From contig OY969706.1 of assembly GCA_963702095.1 (NCBI GenBank), positions 2,656,001 through 2,720,000 on the forward strand: a stretch of 64,000 nt of DNA, written 5' to 3'. The DNA comes from Candidatus Bathyarchaeota archaeon. GTDB taxonomy: Archaea > Thermoproteota > Bathyarchaeia > Bathyarchaeales > Bathycorpusculaceae. Position numbers and translations under genes: made by a program. Below the pieces are notes generated by a model. That model searched no databases and was not told the DNA's origin. It worked only from the letters and a program-made list of their open reading frames with translations. Shown piece by piece: positions 9,262 to 19,267 of the stretch (positions are counted from its first letter, which is position 1; every line of letters begins with the position of its first letter).

Positions 9262-10206
9262 ATGAAAAACGTCGCCATATTAGTTGGAGCCCTAATCATA
9301 ATCATCGCCGTAGCAGCAGTTGCAGTACTATACTACTCAAACTACTCAAACCAACCTGCATCCGGCAATAATTCAAAACTAAACGTAATCGCCACCTTCT
9401 ATCCCCTCTACGACTTCACCCAAAACATAGGCGGCGACAAAGTCACTGTTTCCATCCTCGTACCAGAAACAGTTGACGTCCATGACTTCGAGCCAACACC
9501 CTCCTCCATAACCGCCATATCAAACGCTGACGTTTTAATTTACAACGGCGTCGATTTGGAACCTTGGATTCAAGATATAGTCACCGCCTCTGGAAACACA
9601 AACCTGATCCAAGTGGACACAAGCAAAGGAATCAACCTTCTGCCTGTGGCACAGCAATTCCAAAGCGGAAACCAGATACTTGACCCGCACATCTGGCTTG
9701 ACCCATTGAATGCAAAACAGCAAGTCAACAACATTCTACAGGGATTAATCCAAGCTGACCCAGATGACACCGAATACTTCACACAGAACGCCCAAGCCTA
9801 CCAAGCGAAACTAGACCAACTCAACACGGAGGCAATCAACGCAACAACAAACACTGCAACCACCTACTTTGTCACCTTTCATGAAGCATTCGCTTACTTC
9901 GCTAACCAATACAACATAACCCAACTCCCGATCTTAGGACCATTCGAAGAGGAACCCTCTCCAAGCGACATCCAAAACGTCATCACCACCATCAACCAAT
10001 ACCACCTCCACTATGTCGGCTATGAATCCCTTGAAAACCCCGCAATATCCCAGTCAATAGGCACCCAGACAAATGCTTCTTTACTTGAAATGAACCCCAT
10101 AGAAGGCTTAACAGCGGAACAAAAAGCCACTGGAGACAACTACATCACCTTAATGCAGAACAACATAAATAACGTTCATTTGGCGCTGAGCAACGTTGAA
10201 ACTTGA
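9262..10206 (+). CDS. znuA: Zn/Mn ABC transporter substrate-binding protein
   Basis: N-terminal TM; DVHDFEP, DPHIWLDP and FHEAF.YF. Confidence 0.88.
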   Translation: MKNVAILVGALIIIIAVAAVAVLYYSNYSNQPASGNNSKLNVIATFYPLYDFTQNIGGDKVTVSILVPETVDVHDFEPTPSSITAISNADVLIYNGVDLEPWIQDIVTASGNTNLIQVDTSKGINLLPVAQQFQSGNQILDPHIWLDPLNAKQQVNNILQGLIQADPDDTEYFTQNAQAYQAKLDQLNTEAINATTNTATTYFVTFHEAFAYFANQYNITQLPILGPFEEEPSPSDIQNVITTINQYHLHYVGYESLENPAISQSIGTQTNASLLEMNPIEGLTAEQKATGDNYITLMQNNINNVHLALSNVET

Positions 10207-10954
10207 CCCTATCCTTGAAATTCGCGGCTTATGCGTCAAATACTCCAACGGCGTTACAGCCCTTGAGGATATCAACTTAGACATCAACGGAAAAGACCTA
10301 ATTGCACTCATAGGACCAAACGGCGCTGGAAAATCAACGCTACTAAAGGTTATTTTGGGCTTGATTAAGCCGACAAGCGGTTCGGTAAAACTTTTTGGAG
10401 ACGCTGATTTGACAAAAAACCTAAAAGCTGTCGGTTATGTTCCCCAGAGTGCCCAAGCCCGAGACCCCAATTTACCCTTCACTGTGTATGAAACCGTAAT
10501 GCTGGGCAGAACTCCAGTCACCGGGGTATTCCACGGTATAGGCTCTAAGGATAGACAAAAAGTGGAGGAAACACTCAAGGTTTTTGGACTCTACGAGTTA
10601 AAAAATCGGAAAATCGGTCAACTCTCAGGCGGGCAGTCGCAACGTGTTTTTCTGGCAAAAGCTATGGTGGCGGAGCCAAAACTGCTCTTGCTTGATGAAC
10701 CCACAAGCGGAGTAGACACCAACTCTAAACGCGAATTCTACAGTATACTACAACGCTTAAACATGGAGCGCTCCATCAGTGTCATTTTATCCTCCCATGA
10801 TGTTGGCGTCGTAACAAAAATCGCTACCCGCGTGCTCTGTATTAATCGGTCGCAGTTTTTCTGTGGCTTAAACCAGGATTTCGCTCTCGACGAAGAAATC
10901 CAGAAAGTCTATAATCACTCCGTGGAGTTGATGGAACATACTGATCACCCTTGA
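10196..10954 (+). CDS. znuC: Zn/Mn ABC transporter ATPase
   Basis: GPNGAGKST, GYVPQ, LSGGQ and LLDEP. Confidence 0.9.
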   Translation: MKLDPILEIRGLCVKYSNGVTALEDINLDINGKDLIALIGPNGAGKSTLLKVILGLIKPTSGSVKLFGDADLTKNLKAVGYVPQSAQARDPNLPFTVYETVMLGRTPVTGVFHGIGSKDRQKVEETLKVFGLYELKNRKIGQLSGGQSQRVFLAKAMVAEPKLLLLDEPTSGVDTNSKREFYSILQRLNMERSISVILSSHDVGVVTKIATRVLCINRSQFFCGLNQDFALDEEIQKVYNHSVELMEHTDHP

Positions 10955-10964
10955 CGTTCTTTCC

Positions 10965-11774
10965 TTGCTGCAAGCGCCCTTCCTACAACGCGCCCTTATC
11001 ATCAGCATTATAATTGCCCTTCTAAGCTCTATCCTAAGCATCTTTATTGTTCTAAAAAAAGTCTCGCTGATAGGCGATGGATTGTCACATACCGCTTTTG
11101 GAGGCTTAGCCTTAGGCTATGCACTGAGCATTTTTCCCATATGGATCGCCGGAATCACGGTCGTGTTAGGCTCCATAGGTATCAACAAAGCGATGCGTTC
11201 AACCAAGATTTCCAGCGACGCTGCAGTAGCTGTTTTCCTACAGCTGGGTCTCGCCGGAGGAATAACCCTCCTGAGCATTGCAGGTGGCTACGGCGTTAAC
11301 CTTGAAAGCCTGCTTTTCGGCAGCATCCTCATAGTCAACATGGAGCAAATAATCACTGCGGCAGCCGTAGCGGCGGTGGCTCTGACTATAATTTTTGTGT
11401 TCTTCAAAGAAATGGTCTATGTGACTTTCGACGAAACGCAGGCACGTGCTGCAGGCATAAAAACATGGTTTTTCGACTATATGCTAAGCATCCTGTGTGG
11501 AGTCGTGGTGATCGTCTCAATCCCCATAGTTGGAGTGCTGCTCATTTCAGCGTTGCTTGTTTTGCCAGCGTTAATCAGCACGCAAATCACGAAATCTTTC
11601 CGGCAAACAGTCCTTCTCGCTCCAATAGTCGGCGTAATCACTGTGGCACTTGGGATTTTGGCTTCGGTTGTTTTAGACGCTGCTCCTGGAGGTACGATTG
11701 TTTTGGTTGGTTTAGCGATTCTGGGCGTTACTTTTGTAGGCAAGAAACTCTTTAGCCTTCAAAAGAAAAGCTAA
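10965..11774 (+). CDS. znuB: Zn/Mn ABC transporter permease
   Basis: GDGLSH, LFGSI and TFDE..A...G; multiple TMs. Confidence 0.88.
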   Translation: MLQAPFLQRALIISIIIALLSSILSIFIVLKKVSLIGDGLSHTAFGGLALGYALSIFPIWIAGITVVLGSIGINKAMRSTKISSDAAVAVFLQLGLAGGITLLSIAGGYGVNLESLLFGSILIVNMEQIITAAAVAAVALTIIFVFFKEMVYVTFDETQARAAGIKTWFFDYMLSILCGVVVIVSIPIVGVLLISALLVLPALISTQITKSFRQTVLLAPIVGVITVALGILASVVLDAAPGGTIVLVGLAILGVTFVGKKLFSLQKKS

Positions 11775-11888
11775 GTCTCTTCCACTTTATACAGAGGCTG
11801 GCACCGATGATGAGCCCTTAGAGTAATCTTATCCGATAATCCCCTAAGAGTCGATTAGCTGTTTTATTACTTAATAACAATATTTTTA

Positions 11889-12596
11889 ATGGACAAAACC
11901 TTTAACATCACAGTTTTTCGAAATGATTTGGTGACTATTTTGACTGAAAATATTGAAAAAACCGAGGTTCCAGTACTTGGACATAAAGCCCCAGAGTTTG
12001 AAGCCCAAACAACCCAAGGAACACTACGTCTCTCAGACTACAAAGGCACCTGGCTAATCCTCTTCTCGCACCCCGCCGACTTCACCCCCGTCTGCACCAC
12101 AGAGTTCATCGCGTTTAGCGAAATCTACGAAGAACTCAAGAAACGAAATGTCGAACTCTTGGGCTTAAGCGTCGATAGCGTCTCCTCACACATTGCGTGG
12201 GCACGAAATATTGAAGAAAAAATGGGCGTCAAAATCCCCTTCCCCATCATCGCCGACCTCAACAAAGAAGTTTCCAAAAAGTTTGGCATGATACAACCCG
12301 GGGAAAGCAAGACCGAAACCGTCCGTTGTGTTTTTATCATTGACCCTGAAAGCAAAATCCGCACCATGCTCTATTATCCCCTCAGCACAGGCAGGAACAT
12401 GAGCGAAATCATACGCATAATTGACGCCCTGCAGACCAGTGACAAATATCACGTTGCAACACCTGCCAACTGGAAACCAGGCGACGCCGTAGTTGTACCA
12501 GCGCCAACCACCATCGAAGCGGTTGAGGAACGCCTAAAAGAAGGCTATGAATGCAAAGACTGGTACCTCTGCAAAAAGAAGCTGCCTCCGAGCTGA
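11889..12596 (+). CDS. Peroxiredoxin (Prx6/archaeal type); real start likely TTG near 11940
   Basis: SHPADFTPVCTTEF; YP..TGRN..EI.R; C-terminal CKDWYLC. Confidence 0.92.
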   Translation: MDKTFNITVFRNDLVTILTENIEKTEVPVLGHKAPEFEAQTTQGTLRLSDYKGTWLILFSHPADFTPVCTTEFIAFSEIYEELKKRNVELLGLSVDSVSSHIAWARNIEEKMGVKIPFPIIADLNKEVSKKFGMIQPGESKTETVRCVFIIDPESKIRTMLYYPLSTGRNMSEIIRIIDALQTSDKYHVATPANWKPGDAVVVPAPTTIEAVEERLKEGYECKDWYLCKKKLPPS

Positions 12597-12601
12597 TTGT
12601 G

Positions 12602-12823
12602 ATGCCCTGTATCTCGCCAGACGGAAAACCCACTGCCAGCGGATTAAACACACTCAAAGCCATAAAAGACGGCGCATCAACCCCTGAAGAGGTCGCAGCC
12701 AAAACCGGTCAACCCCTCTTCAAGGTGCGTTCAGGACTGCGTGAACTGACAACCGCTGGGTTCGCAACTGAAGCAGACGGCAAATTCATGCTTTCCAAAA
12801 ACGGAGCAGACGCTGTCCAGTAA
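12602..12823 (+). CDS. Small winged-helix protein with N-terminal Cys
   Basis: MPCISPDG...TPEEVA..TGQPLFKVRSGLREL. Confidence 0.65.
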   Translation: MPCISPDGKPTASGLNTLKAIKDGASTPEEVAAKTGQPLFKVRSGLRELTTAGFATEADGKFMLSKNGADAVQ

Positions 12824-12852
12824 CCCTTCATTTATTTTTTTATTTTTGTCTT

Positions 12853-13788
12853 TTAGAGTGTGTAGCGGTTTCCCACAGCGTTAGCCACATAAGCTTCTGG
12901 AAATTCCCTGTTCATTGCGCAGAGTGCCCGCCAACCCGTGCAATGTGACGCCGCAACCAACTTAGGATTAACCTTTTTTAATTCTGCGATTGTGGGTTCG
13001 ATTCTTTTTTCAAATTCTCTGCCCGCCAAGTGGAACCCGCCCAACACCGCGTAAACCCTGTTTTCTCCAGTTATTTTTTGGGCATAACGTAGGGTGTTTA
13101 TTATACCTGTGTGGGCGCAGCCGGAAATAACCACTAATCCCTTGCCCTCCACGTTAAAGACCAGTGCTCGCTCGTCTAAAAAGGTGGGGTCAGGCTGCCA
13201 AGTGTTATCTCGCAAAATCCGATTATGGATTAACCCTGTTTCGAACTCTACGGTTCTTGGAATTTCCCCTGTTACAAATGCTAAATCGTCTGCAATTAGG
13301 TTTGGCTGTTTTGTGTTTACTATTTTGGCTGGTTTTAGCTGGGATGTTTCTGGGAAGGCTGAGTACTCACGGATTTCTCCTTTAGCACTTTGTGTTCCAT
13401 GCCGCCTAAACATGTCCTCATGAGTAATAATCACTAAATCTTCGCGGTTGATGGATTTGACTACCTCAACTAACCCGCCGAAGTGGTCATAGTGCCCATG
13501 TGAAAGCACCACAAACTGCACTTCCCCCAAGTCGACGCCCATGCGTTTAGCGTTTGAAACTACCCCGTCGGGACTGACGCCTGCATCAAAAAGAACTGTA
13601 CAAACGCTGTCGACGCCGTAGACCTTGATGAGCATGGAGAACCCGTGTTCGGCAAACGGCATTTCCCCCTGTCGACTGTTCCAATACCAAAGCGGCTGCA
13701 CCTCTTTGCGGGTTTGGCTTGAGAGGAAATCTATTGTGTTATCCATCAAAGATACTATTTCGAGTTTGGATGCTTGTCTCAAAGCCAT
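12853..13788 (-). CDS. MBL-fold metallo-hydrolase (dihydropteroate-synthase-like MBL subfamily)
   Basis: AEHG.S, SHGHYDH.GG, SGCAH.GI.N, GGFHL and SHCTG; GGAGG upstream of ATG 13788. Confidence 0.85.
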   Translation of the reverse strand: MALRQASKLEIVSLMDNTIDFLSSQTRKEVQPLWYWNSRQGEMPFAEHGFSMLIKVYGVDSVCTVLFDAGVSPDGVVSNAKRMGVDLGEVQFVVLSHGHYDHFGGLVEVVKSINREDLVIITHEDMFRRHGTQSAKGEIREYSAFPETSQLKPAKIVNTKQPNLIADDLAFVTGEIPRTVEFETGLIHNRILRDNTWQPDPTFLDERALVFNVEGKGLVVISGCAHTGIINTLRYAQKITGENRVYAVLGGFHLAGREFEKRIEPTIAELKKVNPKLVAASHCTGWRALCAMNREFPEAYVANAVGNRYTL

Positions 13789-13799
13789 ATGTAATCCTC

Positions 13800-14378
13800 C
13801 TAAAGTATTCCCTTGTAATGGATGTTCGTGGGGCACCCGACGCATTTTTTGGTTTCATACCGGTTGCAGGGGTTGCAGTCGACGTTGCATGGTGTTATCT
13901 TGTTTGTTTTCTTTTCTTTCTGAGCTAGGCTTTCTCTTATCTGTAGAAAAGGGGAAAAATGGGTTTCGCTTATGGGATAGAACTCTGAGCGCCTTATGCC
14001 TTTGCTGCATCTAAGTGAACATTTTTCCATGGATATGCTTTCAAGTGTCTCTTGGGTCTCCGCCACAACCAACGCGATGAGGTTGTAGCCTCCTACGGTT
14101 TTGAAGATCTGGATGACGCGGGGGCAGTCTTTGAATCGTTCTAGGAGTTGCTGCATTGCCTCAGCGCTTTCTACTTCTAACATTACTAGGGCTGGGTGAA
14201 GTTTTAGGACGTTTGGGTTGACTAATGCTGAGATTTTTATTGTGTCGCTTTTTATGAGTTTTTCAAGTCTTTTTTTGGTGCCCATGCTTGTTAAGCCGAT
14301 GTGTTTGGCTATGTCTTGGAGGGTTGCTCGGCCGTCTTCTTGGAGGAGGGTGATGATTTTTTTGTCTTTTTCGTCCAT
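13800..14378 (-). CDS. Lrp/AsnC regulator with C-terminal Cys cluster
   Basis: MDEKDKKII..LQEDGR HTH; tail C-x3-C-x2-C-x7-C-x2-C. Confidence 0.85.
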   Translation of the reverse strand: MDEKDKKIITLLQEDGRATLQDIAKHIGLTSMGTKKRLEKLIKSDTIKISALVNPNVLKLHPALVMLEVESAEAMQQLLERFKDCPRVIQIFKTVGGYNLIALVVAETQETLESISMEKCSLRCSKGIRRSEFYPISETHFSPFLQIRESLAQKEKKTNKITPCNVDCNPCNRYETKKCVGCPTNIHYKGIL

Positions 14379-14561
14379 GTTTTGTCGCCAGAATTGTTTA
14401 GTTTCTAAACCAAAACTATTAATATAATTTATCTATTAAACCTTTCATAATAATTCGGTTCAGAAAATGGCACTGAAACAGCGAACAAAAAGTCATAACC
14501 CAACCCATCGCTGAACACAGTAGCCAAACAATTTTCTGACAAAACCAAGGAGAGTAAAAAA

Positions 14562-14945
14562 TTGAAAGTATGCCTAAGCTCAACCGCCGACAATTTAGAC
14601 GGTCAACTGGACCCTAGATTCGGCAGATGCGCCTACCTGCTAATTGTGGACACAGACACACTGCAGTTTGAAGCCATCTCAAACACAGCCTCAGCCGCAA
14701 CAGGCGGCGCAGGAATACAAGCAGCCCAAACAATCATAAACAAAAACGTAAAAGCCGTTATAACAGGCAACATTGGACCCAACGCATTCAAAGCCCTGTC
14801 AGCAGCAGGCGTCGAAGTTTTGATTGTGGCCCCAGAAAGAATACGGGATGTTCTCGATAAGTTCCAAAGTGGCAAACTAAAGAAAACCGCCGCTCCAACC
14901 GTCGAAGGTCACGCGAGCACTCAGGGGCAGGAGCGGAAAACATGA
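14562..14945 (+). CDS. NifB/NifX-family (FeMo-co-like) protein
   Basis: DPRFGRC; GGAGIQAAQ; TGNIGPNA. Confidence 0.85.
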   Translation: MKVCLSSTADNLDGQLDPRFGRCAYLLIVDTDTLQFEAISNTASAATGGAGIQAAQTIINKNVKAVITGNIGPNAFKALSAAGVEVLIVAPERIRDVLDKFQSGKLKKTAAPTVEGHASTQGQERKT

Positions 14946-14981
14946 CCTCAATTTTTAAGTTAACAACAACTCCAAGGAAAA

Positions 14982-15380
14982 GTGGAGGTGAAGATATTGA
15001 CAGATAAAATCATAGTTCCAACAGACACTCAAGACGGCTTAAACGCGCATTTAGCACAGCACTTCGGAAGAGCACCCTACTTCACCGTTGTTGAACTCGG
15101 CGATAAATGGGAAATAGCAAACGTTACCGCAGTTGCAAACGTCAGCGAACACATGGGCGGAATGGGTGTTCCACCAGACCACCTGATTAAACTTCATCCA
15201 AAAGCCATCGTTGTCTATGGCATGGGCCCCAGAGGAATCATGGCGTTCCAAAATGCAGGCATTGAAGTTCTAAAAGCTAATGCAGACACCGTCAAAGAAG
15301 TCGTTGAAGCATACAAACAGGGCAGACTAGAAGGACTCTCAGAAGGCTGCCCCGACGCACAACACCACCACGACCACTAA
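14982..15380 (+). CDS. NifB/NifX-family protein with His-rich tail
   Basis: HFGRAPYF; GMG..; C..AQHHHDH. Confidence 0.85.
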   Translation: MEVKILTDKIIVPTDTQDGLNAHLAQHFGRAPYFTVVELGDKWEIANVTAVANVSEHMGGMGVPPDHLIKLHPKAIVVYGMGPRGIMAFQNAGIEVLKANADTVKEVVEAYKQGRLEGLSEGCPDAQHHHDH

Positions 15381-15402
15381 AGGTTCTTGTGAGGGAAAAA
15401 AA

Positions 15403-15816
15403 TTGACTAAAAAAACCGAGGAAACTAAGCAACTCATCGAATTAGGCTACTCTGACAGAGCGATTGAACTCTACCTAAACGACGTAAACTTCGGCGTGAT
15501 GGAAAAATCAGATGCAGGCGCCGTTATTCAAGGCGCTTCTGGAGACTTAATACGGCTCTACATAAAACTTCGCGGTGAAACCATTGAAGATGCTAAATTT
15601 CTCTGCTTTGGCTGCCCCGGTTCATTGGCTGCTATGTCTGCTTTGACACTGGTAATTAAGGGACAATCCCTTAGCGATGTGAAGAGGATTACTGTAGACG
15701 ACGTTTTGAGGGAGCTTGGAGGTTTACCGGAAACAAAACAAGAATGCGCCGAAATAGCCGTTAAAACCCTCAAAAAAGCTATTACCACGTATGAAAAATC
15801 AAAAACGTCATTTTGA
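15403..15816 (+). CDS. IscU/NifU-like Fe-S scaffold (first Cys replaced by Ser)
   Basis: N.G.M....GD.I.LYI...DAKF...GC...A; LGGLP..K..CA. Confidence 0.75.
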   Translation: MTKKTEETKQLIELGYSDRAIELYLNDVNFGVMEKSDAGAVIQGASGDLIRLYIKLRGETIEDAKFLCFGCPGSLAAMSALTLVIKGQSLSDVKRITVDDVLRELGGLPETKQECAEIAVKTLKKAITTYEKSKTSF

Positions 15817-15839
15817 CCCCTCTTTTTATTCATTAACAG

Positions 15840-16688
15840 GTGACTTTTGAGTTGATTGTGGCGGTTGCAAGCGGAAAAGGAGGCACAGGAAAAACTTCCT
15901 TCGCCGTAAACTTTGCGCTTTCATTAAGCCGCGTTCAAGTCTTAGACTGCGACGTAGAGGAACCAAACGCCCAGGTGCTTCTACACACCACACAGCTACG
16001 GACTGAAGCGGTTTATACTGCAATCCCTAAAGTAGATGAAGCGCTCTGCAATTACTGCGGAGACTGCTCTAAATTCTGCCGCTACAACGCCCTCTTAACC
16101 CTAAAAGACAAAATCCTGATCTTCCCCGAACTCTGCCACAGCTGCGGCGGCTGCATGATGGTTTGCCCCAAAAAAGCGATCTCTGAGGAAAAACATCAAA
16201 TCGGAACCCTAACCTTCGGCGCAATCAATGGCTTAGCGTTGGTTTGGGGTGAATTGACAGTTGGCAAACCCTTGGCGGTTCCAATCATAAAAGCAGTAAA
16301 ACAGCACCTCGACAGAACCCGAGATGTTATCGTTGATTCTCCACCGGGAACCTCTTGCTCTTTTGTGGAAACAGTGCGGGGCTGCGACTTCTGCGTGCTC
16401 GTGACAGAACCAACGCCGTTTGGGCTGCATGACCTCTCGATTGCGGTCGCGGTTCTACGAAAAATGGCGGTGCCCTTTGGCGTTATAGTTAACCGCGCAG
16501 GCGTCGGGGACAGAAAAGTCTATGATTTTTGCCAAAAAGAAAACATCCCAATTCTTCTGGAAATACCCTATGACCGCAGAATAGCCGAACTCTACTCAAG
16601 AGGCATCCCTTTTAGCAGAGAAATGCCGGGGTGGACAGAGAAATTCCGTGTCCTCTACGGCAAAATCAAGGAGTTGACTATGCAATGA
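15840..16688 (+). CDS. MinD-superfamily P-loop ATPase with inserted ferredoxin domain
   Basis: SGKGGTGKT, DCDVEEPN, two CxxCxxCxxxC motifs, PPGTSC and TEPTPFGLHDL. Confidence 0.9.
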   Translation: MTFELIVAVASGKGGTGKTSFAVNFALSLSRVQVLDCDVEEPNAQVLLHTTQLRTEAVYTAIPKVDEALCNYCGDCSKFCRYNALLTLKDKILIFPELCHSCGGCMMVCPKKAISEEKHQIGTLTFGAINGLALVWGELTVGKPLAVPIIKAVKQHLDRTRDVIVDSPPGTSCSFVETVRGCDFCVLVTEPTPFGLHDLSIAVAVLRKMAVPFGVIVNRAGVGDRKVYDFCQKENIPILLEIPYDRRIAELYSRGIPFSREMPGWTEKFRVLYGKIKELTMQ

Positions 16689-17549
16689 GGCAAATTACGG
16701 TTTTAAGCGGTAAAGGCGGCACCGGCAAAACATCCCTAACCGCCAGCTTTGCGGTCTTGGCAAAAAACGTTGTCGTTGCCGACTGCGACGTTGACGCGCC
16801 CGATCTACATTTGCTTTTGCACCCTCAAATCCTCGAAACCCAGAAGTTCAAAGGCGCAAAAACTAGCCGTAGTCGACCCAAAAAAATGCGTCCAATGTGG
16901 TTTATGCCAAAAACTATGCAGATTCAAAGCCATAATTGACGAAATTGCCGTTGACCCTGCCGCGTGCGAGGGATGCGGCGTCTGCGTTGCAGCTTGCCCT
17001 GCGAATGCGTTAACCTTGACGGAGCGAGTGTGTGGAGATGCGTTTATCTCGAAAACTCCCTACGGTTTCATGTCTCATGCCTTGCTCTTCCCTGGAGAAG
17101 CCAACTCAGGGAAACTGGTCACTTTGGTTAGGCAAAACGCAAAAAACCTGGCGATAAAACACTGCCTTGACCTCATATTGATTGATGGTTCCCCCGGTAT
17201 AGGTTGCCCTGTTATTGCTTCAATTTCAGGCGTAGACGCCACATTAGTGGTTACGGAGCCCACTATGTCTGGTATTCATGACTTAACACGAGTTCTGCAG
17301 TTGTTAAACCACTTCAAAGTGCCCAGCTACGTCTGCATTAACATGTTCGATGTGAACCCTGAGAACGCCGAAAAAATCGAACGTTTTTGCGCTGAAAATA
17401 GCGTGCAGGTGGTTGGGAAAGTGCCTTTTGATCCACGGGTGACTGAGGCTATGGTTAACGGAAAAACAATAGTTGAATATTCGCCTAAAAGCGGTGTGGC
17501 CGTAGAAATTACAAGGATTTTTGAGAAATTAACCCTCTTTGTGGGTTAG
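16685..17549 (+). CDS. Second P-loop/ferredoxin ATPase paralogue, split by one extra A near 16858-16862
   Basis: MRQITVLSGKGGTGKT...FKGAK joins LAVVDPKKCVQCG if one A of the run in gcaaaaacta is removed. Confidence 0.85.
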
Positions 17550-17572
17550 TTATGTTAAAAAAAAGGAAAGGG

Positions 17573-17833
17573 TTACTTGTTGATTGCGTTTAGTCGTTCT
17601 TGGATTTTGGCGAGTGTTTCGTGCATGGCTTTTATTTGTGTTTCTACGGCGGTTTTTTGGTCGTTGAGTATGGCTGTTTCGTCTTGGGGGGTTGCTAGTG
17701 GTGTGCTGTATGGTGCTGTGTATAGGTAGCGGCATGCGCCTCTTCCGTAGAGGTAGCCGGGTCGTTGCCATGGGGGTAGGTGGCTGAAGGGGCCGTTTCC
17801 GGGATAGTTTCCCATTCCTCTTCCGTTTCTCAT
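17573..17833 (-). CDS. DUF5320-like small protein
   Basis: PGNGPF..LPPWQRPG...GRG.C followed by a coiled-coil tail. Confidence 0.7.
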   Translation of the reverse strand: MRNGRGMGNYPGNGPFSHLPPWQRPGYLYGRGACRYLYTAPYSTPLATPQDETAILNDQKTAVETQIKAMHETLAKIQERLNAINK

Positions 17834-17856
17834 GTTTTGTTTTCACCTCGTATTTC

Positions 17857-17897
17857 TGTGCTATTGCACACAATTAATAATAATGTGAATATGCACA
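17857..17897. promoter_or_regulatory. Two TGTG-N6-CACA palindromes in a divergent promoter (putative DUF134 operators)
   Basis: TGTGCTATTGCACA at 17857-17870 and TGTGAATATGCACA at 17884-17897. Confidence 0.5.
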
Positions 17898-17940
17898 AAA
17901 ATATATAAAAGTTCCGACACCAACACATAACCGACCAAAA

Positions 17941-18264
17941 ATGGGCTGGCGACACAGACACGGCAGAAGAGGCAGAAACCCAAAACCAATCAACCTAGCC
18001 AACCCCCCAAAAACAAACACCTTCACCCCCCAAACCACAAAAAACCAAATCCCAATAACCCTTGACCCAGCAGAAGTCGAAGCCCAAAGACTCGTAGACT
18101 TAGAAGGACTCTCCCAAGAGGACGCAGGCAAAAAAATGGGGGTCTCCCGAGGAACAGTCTGGCGGCTACTGCAGAGTGCAAGAAAAAAAACAGCCCAAGC
18201 CTTAACCGAGGGAAGACCCCTCCACATTGACGTCAATTCAGGTGACCCCGAAGAATTAAGCTAA
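17941..18264 (+). CDS. DUF134 (UPF0251) DNA-binding protein
   Basis: GR.PKP; E.EA.RL.DLEGLSQE.AG..MGVSRGTVWR.L.SAR.K.A.AL. Confidence 0.88.
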   Translation: MGWRHRHGRRGRNPKPINLANPPKTNTFTPQTTKNQIPITLDPAEVEAQRLVDLEGLSQEDAGKKMGVSRGTVWRLLQSARKKTAQALTEGRPLHIDVNSGDPEELS

Positions 18265-18301
18265 TATACGATGCTTGGATACACTCTGAGAGATGATTTT
18301 T

Positions 18302-18718
18302 ATGCCAAAAGTAAAAGCAAAAGCAACATGGATTGAAAACGTTCGCTCAAAAGTTGATAACCAAAGAAACCACAGCATAGAATGTGACCTTCCTACGCCA
18401 GCAGGTGGATCCGACTGTGGCCCAACCGCCCTCGAATTATGCCTAATGTCGCTTGCTGACTGCGGCGTAACCATTTTCGCCGATGTATGTAAAAAAAGCA
18501 ACATCCAACTAAACAAGGTGGAAGTAACCGTCGAAGCTGATAAATCCCCAGATTCCCCAGTGATAAGCGGTGTAACAATGAAAGTTAACGTTTCTTCTCC
18601 AGCTAGAAAAGAGCTTTTGGAAGCGGCTTGGCGTAGAACCGAAGCAAACTGCCCCGTAATCGTCGTCTTTAAAGAACCAACACCCGTCACTGTTGAGTTT
18701 GAAACCAAGACAGAGTAA
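18302..18718 (+). CDS. OsmC-family protein
   Basis: D.P...GG.D.GPT.LEL.L.SLA.C; CPV. Confidence 0.85.
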   Translation: MPKVKAKATWIENVRSKVDNQRNHSIECDLPTPAGGSDCGPTALELCLMSLADCGVTIFADVCKKSNIQLNKVEVTVEADKSPDSPVISGVTMKVNVSSPARKELLEAAWRRTEANCPVIVVFKEPTPVTVEFETKTE

Positions 18719-18727
18719 GAGTGGCAA

Positions 18728-19264
18728 ATGAAGTCTGCATTGATAATCTATTGGTCCAAAACTGGCAATACAGAAAAAGTCGCTAACGCCATAAAAAATG
18801 GGCTTGAAGAAGCCGACTTCAAAGTCACCCTAACCAAACCCGAAGAGGCAGAAGCATTTGACTACTTGGATTTTGACTTGGTCTGCGTCGGCTGCCCCTC
18901 CTATTCTTGGCATCCACCCGAACCCATGACTGCTTTTCTCAAAAAGAAATTCGCTTCTTACCGCCAAAATGGCAAAATCAAAACTGGCGCTCCCAAAGTC
19001 CCCGAAAAAAACGCATTAATATTCGTAACCTATTCTGGCCCCCATACCGGAATCAACGAAGCCACCCCAGTTGGAAAAGACATAGGACAATACTTTGAAC
19101 ACTTAGGCTTCACTGTCATTGATGAATGGTATGTTCTAAGCGAGTTTCACGGTTCACTGGAGCACAGCACTCAAGGACGCCTAGGTGACGTGAGGGGAAA
19201 ACCCACAGCTGAACAACTGCAAGTCATCAAAGACGACGCCAAACGCATAGGCAAATTGCTCTAA
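18728..19264 (+). CDS. Flavodoxin-family protein
   Basis: IYWSKTGNTEKVA..I; VG.PSY. Confidence 0.85.
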   Translation: MKSALIIYWSKTGNTEKVANAIKNGLEEADFKVTLTKPEEAEAFDYLDFDLVCVGCPSYSWHPPEPMTAFLKKKFASYRQNGKIKTGAPKVPEKNALIFVTYSGPHTGINEATPVGKDIGQYFEHLGFTVIDEWYVLSEFHGSLEHSTQGRLGDVRGKPTAEQLQVIKDDAKRIGKLL

Positions 19265-19267
19265 AAC

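Noticed and set aside
14562-15816. Nitrogen fixation inferred from NifX/NifU-like genes
   Set aside because: No nifH/D/K in the window; these families are widespread in non-diazotrophs.
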